Source: an uncultured delta proteobacterium (GTDB lineage: Bacteria > Desulfobacterota > Zymogenia > Zymogenales > Zymogenaceae). Taken from it: a DNA stretch of 64,000 nt. The notes beneath the pieces are model-generated. The model made no database searches. It saw only the letters and a list, made by a program, of their open reading frames with translations, and had not been told where the DNA came from. The position numbers and the translations under genes were made by a program. The stretch lies in the NCBI GenBank assembly GCA_963735595.1, contig CAVTLK010000001.1:928001-992000 (forward strand), in the 5' to 3' direction. Positions 1 to 10,069 of the stretch are shown in pieces (the stretch's first letter is position 1; each line of letters starts with the position of its first letter).

Positions 1-351
1 GGCATCAAAAACCCCCTCAAGGACCTTGACGTGGCCGAGATCTACGACGCCTACTCCTACATGGAGCCGATGTGGTACGAGGGACTCGGCTTGGCCAAAG
101 AAGGCAACGGAAAAGACCTTATCCGCTCCGGCGCCACGGAAATGGGCGGGGAGCTCCCGGTCAACCCATCGGGCGGCGTCCTTTCCGCGCATCCGGTCCT
201 CGTGGCCGGCATGGCCCGTCTTATAGAGGCGGTGCTGCAGGTCAGGGGAGAAGCACAGAAGAGACAGGTTAAGGGGGCCAAGGTAGCCCTCGCTCACGGA
301 ATCAACGGCCCCTGCGGTCAGGCCCATTGTGTCTTCATCGTCGGGTCATAA
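1..351 (+). CDS. SCP-x/Ltp-type thiolase-like protein, C-terminal part (5'-truncated by window edge)
   Basis: Frame 1 is open from base 1 (GIKNPLKDLDVAEIYDAYSY...). Thiolase C-terminal motifs ELPVNPSGG and AHG..GPCGQ. Confidence 0.85.
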   Translation, partial: GIKNPLKDLDVAEIYDAYSYMEPMWYEGLGLAKEGNGKDLIRSGATEMGGELPVNPSGGVLSAHPVLVAGMARLIEAVLQVRGEAQKRQVKGAKVALAHGINGPCGQAHCVFIVGS

Positions 352-366
352 GGAAGGGAGGAAACC

Positions 367-1560
367 ATGGGAAAGAAAGTAGCCATCGTCGGTTTCGGCC
401 AGACGTACCAGCGGAGCTCCCGGAGGGATGTCAACGGCGTGGAGCTCATTAACGAGGCCGTAACCGCCGCCCTTACCGACGCCGGTATCACGATAAAGGA
501 TATCGACGCCGTAGTGATCGGAAATATGGATCACTTCGAGGGCATCAATTACGTGGACATGTGGAGCGTTGAAGGCGCCGGCGCGGTCATGAAGCCGATC
601 ATCAAGGTCACCACCGGCGGCACCACCGGCACCACCGTGGCGATGTGCGCATACTACCACGTCGCGTCTGGCATGTTCGATAAGGTCCTTGCCATCGGCT
701 GGGAGAAAAACTCCGAGTCCGACACGACCGGGGCCATCATCACCGCCTTTCATCCGGTCTGGGAGCGCCCGAACCTGGGCGGCGCGATCGCGGGGCTGGC
801 GGTGGAAGCCAGTAAGTATATGGAGAATTACGGCGTCACCGAAAGGGATGGGGCGCGCGTCGCGGTTCGCGAGCGGCTCCATGCCCTCAACAACCCCTAT
901 GCCCATCTCCACCAGGAATGGATGAAGGGGATGGACGTCGATAAAGTCGTCGACCTCCTGGTGACCTCGGAGCAGAACCAGATGCTGGCCTATCCCCTCA
1001 GAATGAGCGATATGTGCCCCCGCACCGACGGCGCGGCGGCCTGCGTATTCGCCTCGGAGGATACGGCCGGGAAACTCGCGCCGATCCCGGCGTGGGTAGC
1101 CGCCACCGCCAACCGTCACGACTTCGTCTACCTGGGCGACCTGAACTGGGATTTCAACACGCCCCTGATAGACGCCAGCAAAAAGGTCTTCGCCAAGGCG
1201 GGTATCAAAGAGCCCCTCAAGGAAATCGACCTCTGCGAGCTCTACATACCCTACTCCTACGGCGGGCTCAAATGGATGGAGAACATGGGCTTTGCCAAGC
1301 CCGGCGAGGGCCCCAGGCTCCTCTGGGACAAGATAACCGATATGGACGGCGAGCTTCCGGTGAATCCTTCCGGCGGCGTCATGAGCTCAAACCCCATCGG
1401 GGCCACCGGCCTTCTCCGCGTTGGGGAAGCCGCCTGGCAGATTATGCGCAAGGCAGGTCCCCGGCAGGTGCAAAAGAACGTGAATTACGCCCTGACCACA
1501 GGCTTCGGAGGCTGCAGCTGGGCAGACGTTATGCTCCTCTCGAGCAAAAAGCCGGCCTAA
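367..1560 (+). CDS. SCP-x/Ltp3-like thiolase-family protein
   Basis: KVAIVGFGQT N-terminus, NNPYAHL, MCPRTDGAAA and PVNPSGG..SNPIGATG. GGTTGTT replaces the usual catalytic Cys loop. Confidence 0.85.
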   Translation: MGKKVAIVGFGQTYQRSSRRDVNGVELINEAVTAALTDAGITIKDIDAVVIGNMDHFEGINYVDMWSVEGAGAVMKPIIKVTTGGTTGTTVAMCAYYHVASGMFDKVLAIGWEKNSESDTTGAIITAFHPVWERPNLGGAIAGLAVEASKYMENYGVTERDGARVAVRERLHALNNPYAHLHQEWMKGMDVDKVVDLLVTSEQNQMLAYPLRMSDMCPRTDGAAACVFASEDTAGKLAPIPAWVAATANRHDFVYLGDLNWDFNTPLIDASKKVFAKAGIKEPLKEIDLCELYIPYSYGGLKWMENMGFAKPGEGPRLLWDKITDMDGELPVNPSGGVMSSNPIGATGLLRVGEAAWQIMRKAGPRQVQKNVNYALTTGFGGCSWADVMLLSSKKPA

Positions 1561-1680
1561 GACCGAACGGCAGTCAGGGCCTCGTGCCGTTTCATCCCGA
1601 CGCCCGTTCTCGGGGCGCGGGATCGGCACAGGATGCAAAAGTCGTGATTGTTCTTTGGCGAACATATAAGGAAACCAGAC

Positions 1681-2154
1681 ATGACCGAACAAACGCAAGA
1701 AAAGGAGCTTCTGGCCATATCGTCAGGTGACGCCGCCCAGCCGTTTCGGTGGAGCGTCGGTAAGCACGGGTCGAAATTCCTGGCCGAGCTCAGGGATAAC
1801 AAGAAGCTATTCGGAGTGAAATGCCCGAAGTGCGGACGGGTCTACGCCCCGCCGCGGCTGGTCTGCGGCAGGTGCTGGGTAGCCATGGACGAGATGGTCC
1901 CCTTAAAAGACGAGGGAGAGATCGTCGTGTGCACTATCATCCAGTTCTCCTTTGTCGATCCCAACACCGGCATACAGCGTCCGGTACCCTACGGCTACGC
2001 CTTCATCAAGCTCGACGGTGCGGACACGGCCATCCCCCACTTCCTGGACAGCACCGACCCGGACAAGGTAAAGGTCGGCGCGAGGGTCAAGGCGGTGTTC
2101 GAAGACAAGCGCACCGGAACCCTTATGGACATCAAGCATTTCACCGTGCTGTAG
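1681..2154 (+). CDS. DUF35 Zn-ribbon/OB-fold protein (ChsH2/BbsA-like thiolase partner)
   Basis: CPKC...CGRC zinc ribbon followed by OB-fold PY.Y.IKLDGADT...VKVGARVKAVF. Adjacent to the thiolases. Confidence 0.9.
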   Translation: MTEQTQEKELLAISSGDAAQPFRWSVGKHGSKFLAELRDNKKLFGVKCPKCGRVYAPPRLVCGRCWVAMDEMVPLKDEGEIVVCTIIQFSFVDPNTGIQRPVPYGYAFIKLDGADTAIPHFLDSTDPDKVKVGARVKAVFEDKRTGTLMDIKHFTVL

Positions 2155-2361
2155 ATCGATTGTGTATCGGCGTCGGTCGGCAACGATCGACGCGGCAGCC
2201 ATCACGGGGGCAGCGAAACGCCGTCAACATGAGACACGTTCCGTTGCCCCCGAAATCCTTTGCCCGGTGTACGGTCGATCCTCCCCGGGCCTATCGGCCG
2301 ATTATCGTCAATTTTTCAATGTCGCTGCAATCATTAACTATTATATTACAGGGGCGGCTCC

Positions 2362-4035
2362 ATGGAAGAACGTATATGGCATCGTTCGTATGTCCCCGGC
2401 ATCCCGAAAGAGATCAACCTGGAAGATATCACCATCCCTGAAATCCTTTCCCGTACCGCGCAGAAATTCCCCAATCGGGTCGCCCTCATATTCCTCGGCA
2501 AGAAGATCACCTATAAGGAGCTCGACCGGCTCGCAAACCGGTTTGCCCACGCGTTGGCGTCGCTGGGGCTTACCGGGGGAGACCGGGTCGCGTTGCTGCT
2601 TCCCAATATACCCCAGGTGGTCATCGCGTACTTCGGGGCATGGCGTGCAGGGCTCGTTCCCGTCCCCATCAATCCGCTCTATACCGATCGGGAGATCGAG
2701 CACCAGCTTACCACGTCGGGGGCAACCGCGATAGTGAGCCTCGACCTGCTGGTGCCCCGGATGCTGGCCCTCAGGGATAAAACCGCCGTAAAGACCGTCA
2801 TTACGGCCCACATCAAGGACTACCTCCCGTTTCCGGCAAAGCAGCTCTTCCCCTTCGTCAAAAAGGGGATGACCGTCGAATATGTGCCGGCCCCGGATTA
2901 TTATGACTTTCCGGACCTGATGAAGGGGCACCCCGACACCCCCGCCGGCCCCCCGCCGAGGCTCGACGATCTTGCCCTCATCCCCTACTCCGGCGGCACC
3001 ACGGGTCTGGCCAAAGGGGTGGCCATCACCCACCGGAACGTCTCGGCCATCACCCAGATCGCCCAGGCGTGGTTTTTCGACATCAAGGAACAACCCGAGA
3101 GCGAGCTTGCGATCTTCCCCTTCTTCCACATGGCCGGTTTTACCGCGGTCATGAACCTCTGCGTCATCAACGGGTGGACCGCCGTCCTCATCCCGCGGCC
3201 CGAGCCCAAGACGATCGTCGACATGCTCCTGAAATACCGATCGACGATCTTCTTGGCCGTTCCGACGATCTACGTGGGCGTGCTGGCCCTGCCCGAATTC
3301 AGCAAGGCCGATCTTACCTTCATCAAGGGATTCTTTTCCGGGGCCGCCCCGCTGCCCATCGATACCATCAACGCGCTGAAGGAGGCCACCGGCGGCGCCG
3401 TCATCGTCGAGGGGTACGGCATGACCGAATCGACAACCTTTATCTCCGTGACCCCCTGGCGCGGCGTGCTCAAGCCCGGCAGCGTCGGCGTTCCGCTTCC
3501 CAACGTCGAAGTCAAGATTGTTGACATCCCGACCGGGACGACGGAGCTTCCGACCGGCCGGGAGGGGGAGATTGTCTTCCGCGGCCCCAACATGTGCCGG
3601 GGATACTACAACATGCCCGAGGAAACAGCCAAGAGTATCAGGGACGGCTGGTTTTATACCGGTGATATCGGCCGGTTCGACGAAGACGGATACCTCTACA
3701 TCGTCGACCGCACAAAAGACATGATCATCGCCGGCGGGTATAACATCTTCCCACGCGAGATTGATGAAGTCCTGTTCGAGCACCCGAAGGTGCTGGAGGC
3801 CTGCACTATCGGTGTTCCCCACGAGTACCGCGGTGAGACGGTTAAATCATACATCGTGACGAAACCCGGCCAGGTACTAACCACGGAAGAACTGGACGCC
3901 TACTGTCGCGACCGCCTCTCCCCCTACAAGGTGCCGCGTATCTACGAATTTGTGGAATCCCTGCCGAAATCGGCCGTTGGAAAGATCCTCAAGCGGGAGC
4001 TCAGAGACATGGAGAAGAATAAGAATCAAAAATAA
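2362..4035 (+). CDS. Long-chain fatty acid--CoA ligase (FadD family)
   Basis: AMP-binding motifs YSGGTTGLAKG, EGYGMTE, GWFYTGDIG, DRTKDMII and LPKSAVGK. Confidence 0.92.
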   Translation: MEERIWHRSYVPGIPKEINLEDITIPEILSRTAQKFPNRVALIFLGKKITYKELDRLANRFAHALASLGLTGGDRVALLLPNIPQVVIAYFGAWRAGLVPVPINPLYTDREIEHQLTTSGATAIVSLDLLVPRMLALRDKTAVKTVITAHIKDYLPFPAKQLFPFVKKGMTVEYVPAPDYYDFPDLMKGHPDTPAGPPPRLDDLALIPYSGGTTGLAKGVAITHRNVSAITQIAQAWFFDIKEQPESELAIFPFFHMAGFTAVMNLCVINGWTAVLIPRPEPKTIVDMLLKYRSTIFLAVPTIYVGVLALPEFSKADLTFIKGFFSGAAPLPIDTINALKEATGGAVIVEGYGMTESTTFISVTPWRGVLKPGSVGVPLPNVEVKIVDIPTGTTELPTGREGEIVFRGPNMCRGYYNMPEETAKSIRDGWFYTGDIGRFDEDGYLYIVDRTKDMIIAGGYNIFPREIDEVLFEHPKVLEACTIGVPHEYRGETVKSYIVTKPGQVLTTEELDAYCRDRLSPYKVPRIYEFVESLPKSAVGKILKRELRDMEKNKNQK

Positions 4036-4069
4036 ACGCTTTTTATCCACTCTCAATAAGGAACGAGCC

Positions 4070-4522
4070 ATGGAAAAGGTTTTCTTCGAAGACTACCAGG
4101 TCGGCGAGCTTCTCGTCTCGCCGGGGCGCACCATCACCGAGACCGACATTATCCTCTTTGCCGGGCTCACCGGTGATTGGCACCCGATCCACACCAATGT
4201 CGAATATGCAAAAAAGACGATGTTTGGGGAGCGGATCGCCCACGGCATGTTGGGCCTTTCGGTAGGGTCGGCCCTCATCTTCCGGCTGGGGCCCTACGTC
4301 TTCACGCCCAAGAAATTCATCGCATTCTACGGGATAGACAAGATCCGCTTTGTCGGCCCCATAAAGATCGGGGACACGATCCGCTGCGAGGCAAAGGTCG
4401 CGGAGATGAAGGAACGCGACGAAAATATGGGCACGATTGCCTATGAAGCTGCCATAAAAAATCACCGCGATGAAGACTGCATCGTGTTTTCGCCCAAAAT
4501 CCTCGTCGGACGCAAAAAATAG
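4070..4522 (+). CDS. MaoC-family (R)-enoyl-CoA hydratase/dehydratase
   Basis: FAGLTGDWHPIH...FGERIAHG hot-dog hydratase motif. AAGGA RBS before ATG 4070. Confidence 0.9.
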   Translation: MEKVFFEDYQVGELLVSPGRTITETDIILFAGLTGDWHPIHTNVEYAKKTMFGERIAHGMLGLSVGSALIFRLGPYVFTPKKFIAFYGIDKIRFVGPIKIGDTIRCEAKVAEMKERDENMGTIAYEAAIKNHRDEDCIVFSPKILVGRKK

Positions 4523-4531
4523 GAGTTACTC

Positions 4532-5689
4532 ATGGATTTTGAACTGACCTCAGAACAGGTAATGCTCAAGGAGACCGTATCCAAATTCGTGGATCGGGAA
4601 GTTATCCCCAAGGCCCCAGAGATAGATCAGGACGGCACCTTCCCCAAGGAGAATTTTGCCGCGATGGCCGAGTTGGGCCTCTTCGGTATCTCCATTCCCG
4701 CCGAATACGGCGGCATCGGGGCCGACCTCATGTCGAGCCTCCTGGTCATGGAGCAGCTCTCCCGCGGGTGCGCCTCGACCGCCAACACCTACGGGTCCCA
4801 TGCGATCCTGTGCACCGAGAACATCTTCCGCAACGGGAACGAGGCCCAGAGAAAGAAATACCTGCCCGACCTGATCGCCGGCAAAAAGATCGGCTTTATC
4901 GCCATCACCGAGCCGGAGGCCGGCTCCGACGCCATCTCGATGCGCACCCGCGCCGTCAAGAAGGGCGATAAATACATCCTCAACGGCACGAAGATGTTCA
5001 TCACCAACGGCCCGGTTGCCGACGTCGGCGTCGTCTATGCCAAGACCAACCCCGACGCCGGCCCCAAGGGGATATCCGCTTTCATCGTTGAGAAGGACTT
5101 TCCCGGCTTCGCGCGGGGCAAGAGCCTGAAGAAGATGGGAGTTCGCGGCTCGCCAACCGGCGAGCTTGTCTTCGAGGACATGGAGGTCCCTGCGGAAAAC
5201 CTCCTCGGCGAGGAGAACAACGGCATCCGGGTCCTCATGAACGGCCTGGACCGGGAGCGCATCGTCTATTCCATCACGCCCGTGGGCGTCGCACAGGGGG
5301 CGTTTGACGTCGCCTTTAAGTACGCGTCGGAGCGCGTCCAGTTCGGTACGGCCATCATCAACTTCCAGATGATTCAGGAGATGATCGCGGAAATGGCCAC
5401 GGACCTCAACGCTGGCCGCATCGTCTCGTATTGGGCCGCGACCCTGGCCGATCAGGGCAAACGGGTACGTCTGGAGGCCTCCTATGCGAAGCTTCTCGGA
5501 TCACAGGTGGGCATGCGGGTAGTGGATAAGGCCGTTCAGATACTCGGGGGCTACGGCTTCATCAGTGAGTTCCCTGTCGAGCGGATGTATCGGGATATGA
5601 AGGGGATCGAGTTCGGGGCCGGAACGACCCAGATCCAAAAACTCATTATCGTCCGCGAGCTTATGAAGAGCATGGGTTCCGGCGCCTAA
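4532..5689 (+). CDS. Acyl-CoA dehydrogenase (isovaleryl/butyryl-CoA DH-like)
   Basis: AITEPEAGSD, NGTKMFITNG, KMGVRGSPT, QILGGYGF and GAGTTQIQ. Confidence 0.92.
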   Translation: MDFELTSEQVMLKETVSKFVDREVIPKAPEIDQDGTFPKENFAAMAELGLFGISIPAEYGGIGADLMSSLLVMEQLSRGCASTANTYGSHAILCTENIFRNGNEAQRKKYLPDLIAGKKIGFIAITEPEAGSDAISMRTRAVKKGDKYILNGTKMFITNGPVADVGVVYAKTNPDAGPKGISAFIVEKDFPGFARGKSLKKMGVRGSPTGELVFEDMEVPAENLLGEENNGIRVLMNGLDRERIVYSITPVGVAQGAFDVAFKYASERVQFGTAIINFQMIQEMIAEMATDLNAGRIVSYWAATLADQGKRVRLEASYAKLLGSQVGMRVVDKAVQILGGYGFISEFPVERMYRDMKGIEFGAGTTQIQKLIIVRELMKSMGSGA

Positions 5690-5709
5690 CGACAGACGAG
5701 GTATCTTTC

Positions 5710-5739
5710 CGGGGGGGGACGTATGTCCCCCCCCTTTTT
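5710..5739 (+). terminator. Rho-independent terminator
   Basis: GGGGGGGGAC-GTAT-GTCCCCCCCC hairpin followed by TTTTT, just after the ACAD stop. Confidence 0.75.
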
Positions 5740-5971
5740 CCGCAGCTTTCCGATAACATCGTACCTCATATCGGACCATTCGTCGGATGCGACGCGCCTC
5801 CCAACGCACCGGTTTTTGTCGTTTGACTTTCCCCATGTGCCCGTGATATAAAAAACCGTCGGTTTGCTCTCTGCCGCGCCGTGTTCTTCGGGACGCGGCA
5901 CGTTTCAGGTATGCGAACGTCCGACCGCGCGCCGGGATCGATTCCCGGGGCCGACCGTGAGGGATAATCGT

Positions 5972-6500
5972 ATGGGCTATCTCTATTTAGCCGGTGGCGT
6001 CGTCCTCTTTATCCTCGGGGTAGTCGGCGTCCTCAAGACCGGGGACTTCAAACCGTCCTTTTATATATACGCATTTCTCGGTCTCTCCCTGACGGTCTGG
6101 GGAATCACAACCCTCAGGAAGGCCCGCCGCAAAGAAATCAAGGATCAGACACGCACCAGAGTCAATCGAATGGCGACTTCGCGCGCCGTCTCCACGAAGA
6201 AATGCCCGTCCTGCGGGGGAGATATTGAGGCAGCCCTGAAACGCTGCCCCCATCTGCGACCACCGGTTTCCGGTGATTTGTACTCTGACCGTCTTTACCC
6301 CCTTCGACGTGGCCAAACGCGAGGCACTGATTAAGTACCTGATGACCCGGATGAATCGGCCCTACGAGGAGATATCGATCCAGCTGGAAAAGGGCATGGT
6401 CTTCAGGTATTCCAGCAAGGAAGACTCCGTTAAGAACAAGGCAAGCTTCGAAACCCTCGGATGCCGGGTTAAGGAGGGGGAAATCCTCTCCAACACATAG
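5972..6500 (+). CDS. Membrane protein with two TM helices, a Zn ribbon and an L7/L12-CTD-like tail (one apparent frameshift near 6250)
   Basis: Removing one C from the C-run at about 6247-6251 joins CPSC...CPIC(DHRF) to the 6273-6500 frame. Confidence 0.6.
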
Positions 6501-6626
6501 CCCTTCGGTCCGGCCGTAGCGAGCCTGTTAACCCCGCTCTCACGGCCGGGTGGAGGCGCCGGTTGTTCCCGCGCAAGGCAGCCCGGTCGATCCGGCGCGT
6601 ACGGTCAATTCTGAGAGGAGATCTAC

Positions 6627-7568
6627 ATGAAAGCCGGTAGCGTAAAAAAGGCGCTGGTCGTCGGCGCCGGCGTTATGGGTCATTCCATCGCCCAGGTCTT
6701 TGCGACGGCCGGCATCGAGGTAAACCTCGTCGACCTGGCCGAAACGAGCCTCGATCGGGCGATGAGGCTGGTTGCCAATAATCTCAGGACGCTCGGGGAT
6801 TACGGCCGTATCGATCCCTCCTCGATTCCGGCGATACGCGCCCGCATCCATCCCTCAACGGATTTGCCCGGCTCCGCCCGAAACGTTGATTTTGCCATCG
6901 AGGCGGTATTTGAGGCACCCGAAGCCAAAAAGAAGGTCTTCGCGGACATGGAGAGATTTACTCCGCCGCACACGGTCCTTGCCAGCAATACGTCGGGCCT
7001 TGAGATTTTTGATATTATCGAGCCCGCGGACCCATCCCGGATCGTGGTCGCCCACTGGTGTTCTCCCGCCCACATCATCCCCCTGGTTGAGGTCGTCCCG
7101 GGACCCCGCACGGCCCCCGAGGTCGTCACGTTTACCGCCGCACTTATGGAGCGGCTCGGCAAGCGGCCCGTGGTGATGCGCCAATTCGTTCGATCGTTTA
7201 TTCTCAATCGAATCCAGGGTTACATCTTCATGGGCGCCATGGAAATGCTCGATAAGGGATGGGCAACACCCGACGAGATCGACTACGCTATCAAGATGAG
7301 CCTCGGGGTGCGCCTGCCGATCCAGGGGATCGTCCAGACCTACGACTTCACGGGACTCGATATCGTTAATGATATGATCAAGAGCTACGGGATGAACTAT
7401 CCGATGATAGGCGACAGGGCCGCCGCCGGTGACCTCGGCGTCAAAACCGGAAGGGGCCTCTTTGACTATCAGGGGCGAAGCGAGGAAGAGATACTCCGAA
7501 AACGGGACGAGCTCTGCCTGAAGATGTGTGACTTCGTGGAAGGCCTCAACGGGTTCAAACCGGTATAG
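6627..7568 (+). CDS. 3-hydroxyacyl-CoA dehydrogenase family protein (copy 1)
   Basis: VVGAGVMG Rossmann motif, EAVFE, LASNTS, PLVEVV and LGVKTGRG. Confidence 0.92.
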   Translation: MKAGSVKKALVVGAGVMGHSIAQVFATAGIEVNLVDLAETSLDRAMRLVANNLRTLGDYGRIDPSSIPAIRARIHPSTDLPGSARNVDFAIEAVFEAPEAKKKVFADMERFTPPHTVLASNTSGLEIFDIIEPADPSRIVVAHWCSPAHIIPLVEVVPGPRTAPEVVTFTAALMERLGKRPVVMRQFVRSFILNRIQGYIFMGAMEMLDKGWATPDEIDYAIKMSLGVRLPIQGIVQTYDFTGLDIVNDMIKSYGMNYPMIGDRAAAGDLGVKTGRGLFDYQGRSEEEILRKRDELCLKMCDFVEGLNGFKPV

Positions 7569-7700
7569 GCCGCCGAGCACAGCGTCGCGACATGCTCCGA
7601 ATAACTTCACCGGACTTCGCCGGCCCTCGGCGCTTGCGACGCCCCCCCGAGAAGGCCGCGCTACAGATCGCATACACCCCTCTCTGAGAAAGGAGAAATC

Positions 7701-8642
7701 ATGGAAGCCAAGGATGTGAAAAAGGTTGTCATCGTTGGGGCCGGTGTGATGGGCCATTCCATCGCCCAGGTATTTGCCGCAAACGACATCGATGTAACCC
7801 TCGTCGATCTCAACCGGGAGTCCCTCGATCACGCTATGACCATGATCGGGCATAATCTCAAGACGCTTGCCGAGTACGGCCGTATCGACGCCGCGGCAAT
7901 CCCTGCCGTCATCGGCCGCATTCATCCAACCACCGACATCCGGGAGGCGGCCGACGGCGTCGATTTCGCCCTCGAGGCCGTAGCCGAGGTCCCCGACGTA
8001 AAGAAGAAGGTATTTGCGGACCTGGAACAATTCGCCCCGCCGCAGGCGGTGCTCGCCAGCAACACCTCGGGTCTTGATCTGTTTACCTTCCTTGAGCCGA
8101 AGGACCCCACCCGCTTTGTCATCACCCACTGGTTCGCCCCGCCCCATATCATTCCGCTGGTCGAGGTCGCACCCGGGCCCAAAACGGATCAGGCGATCGT
8201 GGATTTTACCGTTTCACTGATGGAGCGTATCGGTAAGCGTCCGGTGGTCATGCGCCAGTTCGTGCGGTCATTTATCGTCAACCGTATCCAGAGCTACATC
8301 TTCATGGCGGTCATGGAGATCCTCAACAACGGCTGGGCGACTCCCGAGGAAATCGACTATGCCGTCAAGATGAGCCTCGGTGTACGGCTTCCGGTCGTGG
8401 GGGTGGTTCAGAGCAATGACTTTACGGGACTCGACCTCGTCCTTGACGTTATTAAGAGCCACGGCGCGAGCTACCCGATTATCGAGGATAAGGTTAATAA
8501 GAACCATCTCGGGGCCAAGACAGGAAAGGGCTTTTTCGATTACGGGGGAAGGTCCGAGAACGAGATCATGAAGAAACGGGACGGGCTCTATCTGAAAATG
8601 GCGGATTTTCTGGAGAGCCTCAACGAATTCAAGCCGGTATAG
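7701..8642 (+). CDS. 3-hydroxyacyl-CoA dehydrogenase family protein (copy 2)
   Basis: Same motifs and same 313-aa length as the upstream paralogue. Confidence 0.92.
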   Translation: MEAKDVKKVVIVGAGVMGHSIAQVFAANDIDVTLVDLNRESLDHAMTMIGHNLKTLAEYGRIDAAAIPAVIGRIHPTTDIREAADGVDFALEAVAEVPDVKKKVFADLEQFAPPQAVLASNTSGLDLFTFLEPKDPTRFVITHWFAPPHIIPLVEVAPGPKTDQAIVDFTVSLMERIGKRPVVMRQFVRSFIVNRIQSYIFMAVMEILNNGWATPEEIDYAVKMSLGVRLPVVGVVQSNDFTGLDLVLDVIKSHGASYPIIEDKVNKNHLGAKTGKGFFDYGGRSENEIMKKRDGLYLKMADFLESLNEFKPV

Positions 8643-8691
8643 ACCGCACCTCGTGAAACGAAGTCCTTTACGGCTTTTACGTCTAAAATAC

Positions 8692-8721
8692 AAAGACCCC
8701 GCTCAGTTTGAGCGGGGTCTT
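8692..8721. terminator. Hairpin terminator between convergent genes
   Basis: AAGACCCCGCTC-AGTTT-GAGCGGGGTCTT inverted repeat. Confidence 0.6.
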
Positions 8722-8808
8722 CCAATATACACGGTATAGAGTATCCGCCCCTTTAGATAGGAGGCGGTCCTCCGCGGGTCTTTTTTTATTCTTCGGGAAA
8801 ATACTGTT

Positions 8809-9714
8809 TTAGTTGAGGATGTAATTGCATGGATCAACCGGGATCCGGTTGATCCTGACCTCGTAGTGGAGGTGAGAGCCAACAGAACGGCCCGTGCTCC
8901 CCATGAGCCCGATCTTCTGCCCCCGGGTGACGCGGTCTCCCAGATGGACGAGAATGGCCGACAGGTGTGCATAGTTTGTCGTGATGCCGTAGCCGTGATC
9001 GACGGTTATCATGTTGCCGTAACCGGACTCTATTCCGGCAAAGATCACGACGCCGTCGGCGGTGGCATGAATCGGCGTTCCGATCTTGTTGGCGATATCA
9101 TAGCCCTCGTGCATCTTGATTGTCCGGTTGATGGGATCCCGCCGAAAGCCGAAGCATGAGCACAGGAAGCCCTTGGTCGGCCAGATCGAAGGGGTTGAAT
9201 CGAGGAGCTTACCCTGGTCTTCGAAGAATAAGAGGAGTTCCTGAAGACTCTGTTCCTGGAGTTTGGATTTCTCCCCGAGCTGGGCAATGTCGGCCATAAG
9301 CCCCGCGGCGACAATATCGTCGCCGTTGTTATGTGAATTCAGCTCATTGTCGCCGTTTGGCGTTCCACCGATCCCGAAAAGACTGGAGCTTCCCCCCACC
9401 GTCTCAATATTGAGCATCGCGCAAATCATCGTGTTGGTTTCGGTCATCTGCTCGAGGCTGGAGCTCAGTTCCTTGAATTGCTTCTCGAAAATATCTATCT
9501 GATCGCGCTGCATGCGGTTTTCTTCTTTATAGTACGAAAGCTCCAGCATCTCAAGACGTATGGTGAGGTAGTTGTAGAGCATAAATACGGAGGTTAGTAG
9601 AATCACCAGCGCGGAAAAACCGGCGACCGATAGTGCGACGCTCGAAATTTTATACCGGGATAGTTTATCGGCCCTGTCATGTATGATAAGAATAGAATAG
9701 TATGTCTTTTTCAT
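8809..9714 (-). CDS. M23 family metalloendopeptidase (N-terminal TM and coiled coil)
   Basis: HEGYD (HxxxD), YAHL and GSHLHYEV (HxH) zinc motifs. Confidence 0.92.
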   Translation of the reverse strand: MKKTYYSILIIHDRADKLSRYKISSVALSVAGFSALVILLTSVFMLYNYLTIRLEMLELSYYKEENRMQRDQIDIFEKQFKELSSSLEQMTETNTMICAMLNIETVGGSSSLFGIGGTPNGDNELNSHNNGDDIVAAGLMADIAQLGEKSKLQEQSLQELLLFFEDQGKLLDSTPSIWPTKGFLCSCFGFRRDPINRTIKMHEGYDIANKIGTPIHATADGVVIFAGIESGYGNMITVDHGYGITTNYAHLSAILVHLGDRVTRGQKIGLMGSTGRSVGSHLHYEVRINRIPVDPCNYILN

Positions 9715-10069
9715 TGCGAATGAATGCGAGCGTTACGTAACGAATTATATCAAAAAAATACGTTCTCGCACCACAGACGTCCCCCCGCCGCCCCCGTTTG
9801 CGGCCTTCCTCGCCCAGACCCATCAGGATGACCTACACAGCTTGAGATTTATATCACAAATAACGCAATATTGTCAAATATTTTTACATTCCGGGCCCTT
9901 TTCCGGCACCTAAATGCCGCTATTTGGCAAAAAAACCGGTCGAAGTTCTCTCCGGGAATAGACGACGCCCCAAAATATCGCGGATGGAGGTACGGCCCAT
10001 CGCGTTATCGCAAGGCGGACAATTCGCACACGGCCGCCCGCTTATCACCCCAACCAAGAGCCAATGCCG

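Noticed and set aside
2341..3822. Long antisense ORFs (also 6855-8147, 44326-45624 and 47804-49393)
   Set aside because: They are shadow frames of high-GC coding genes on the opposite strand, with no recognisable motifs.
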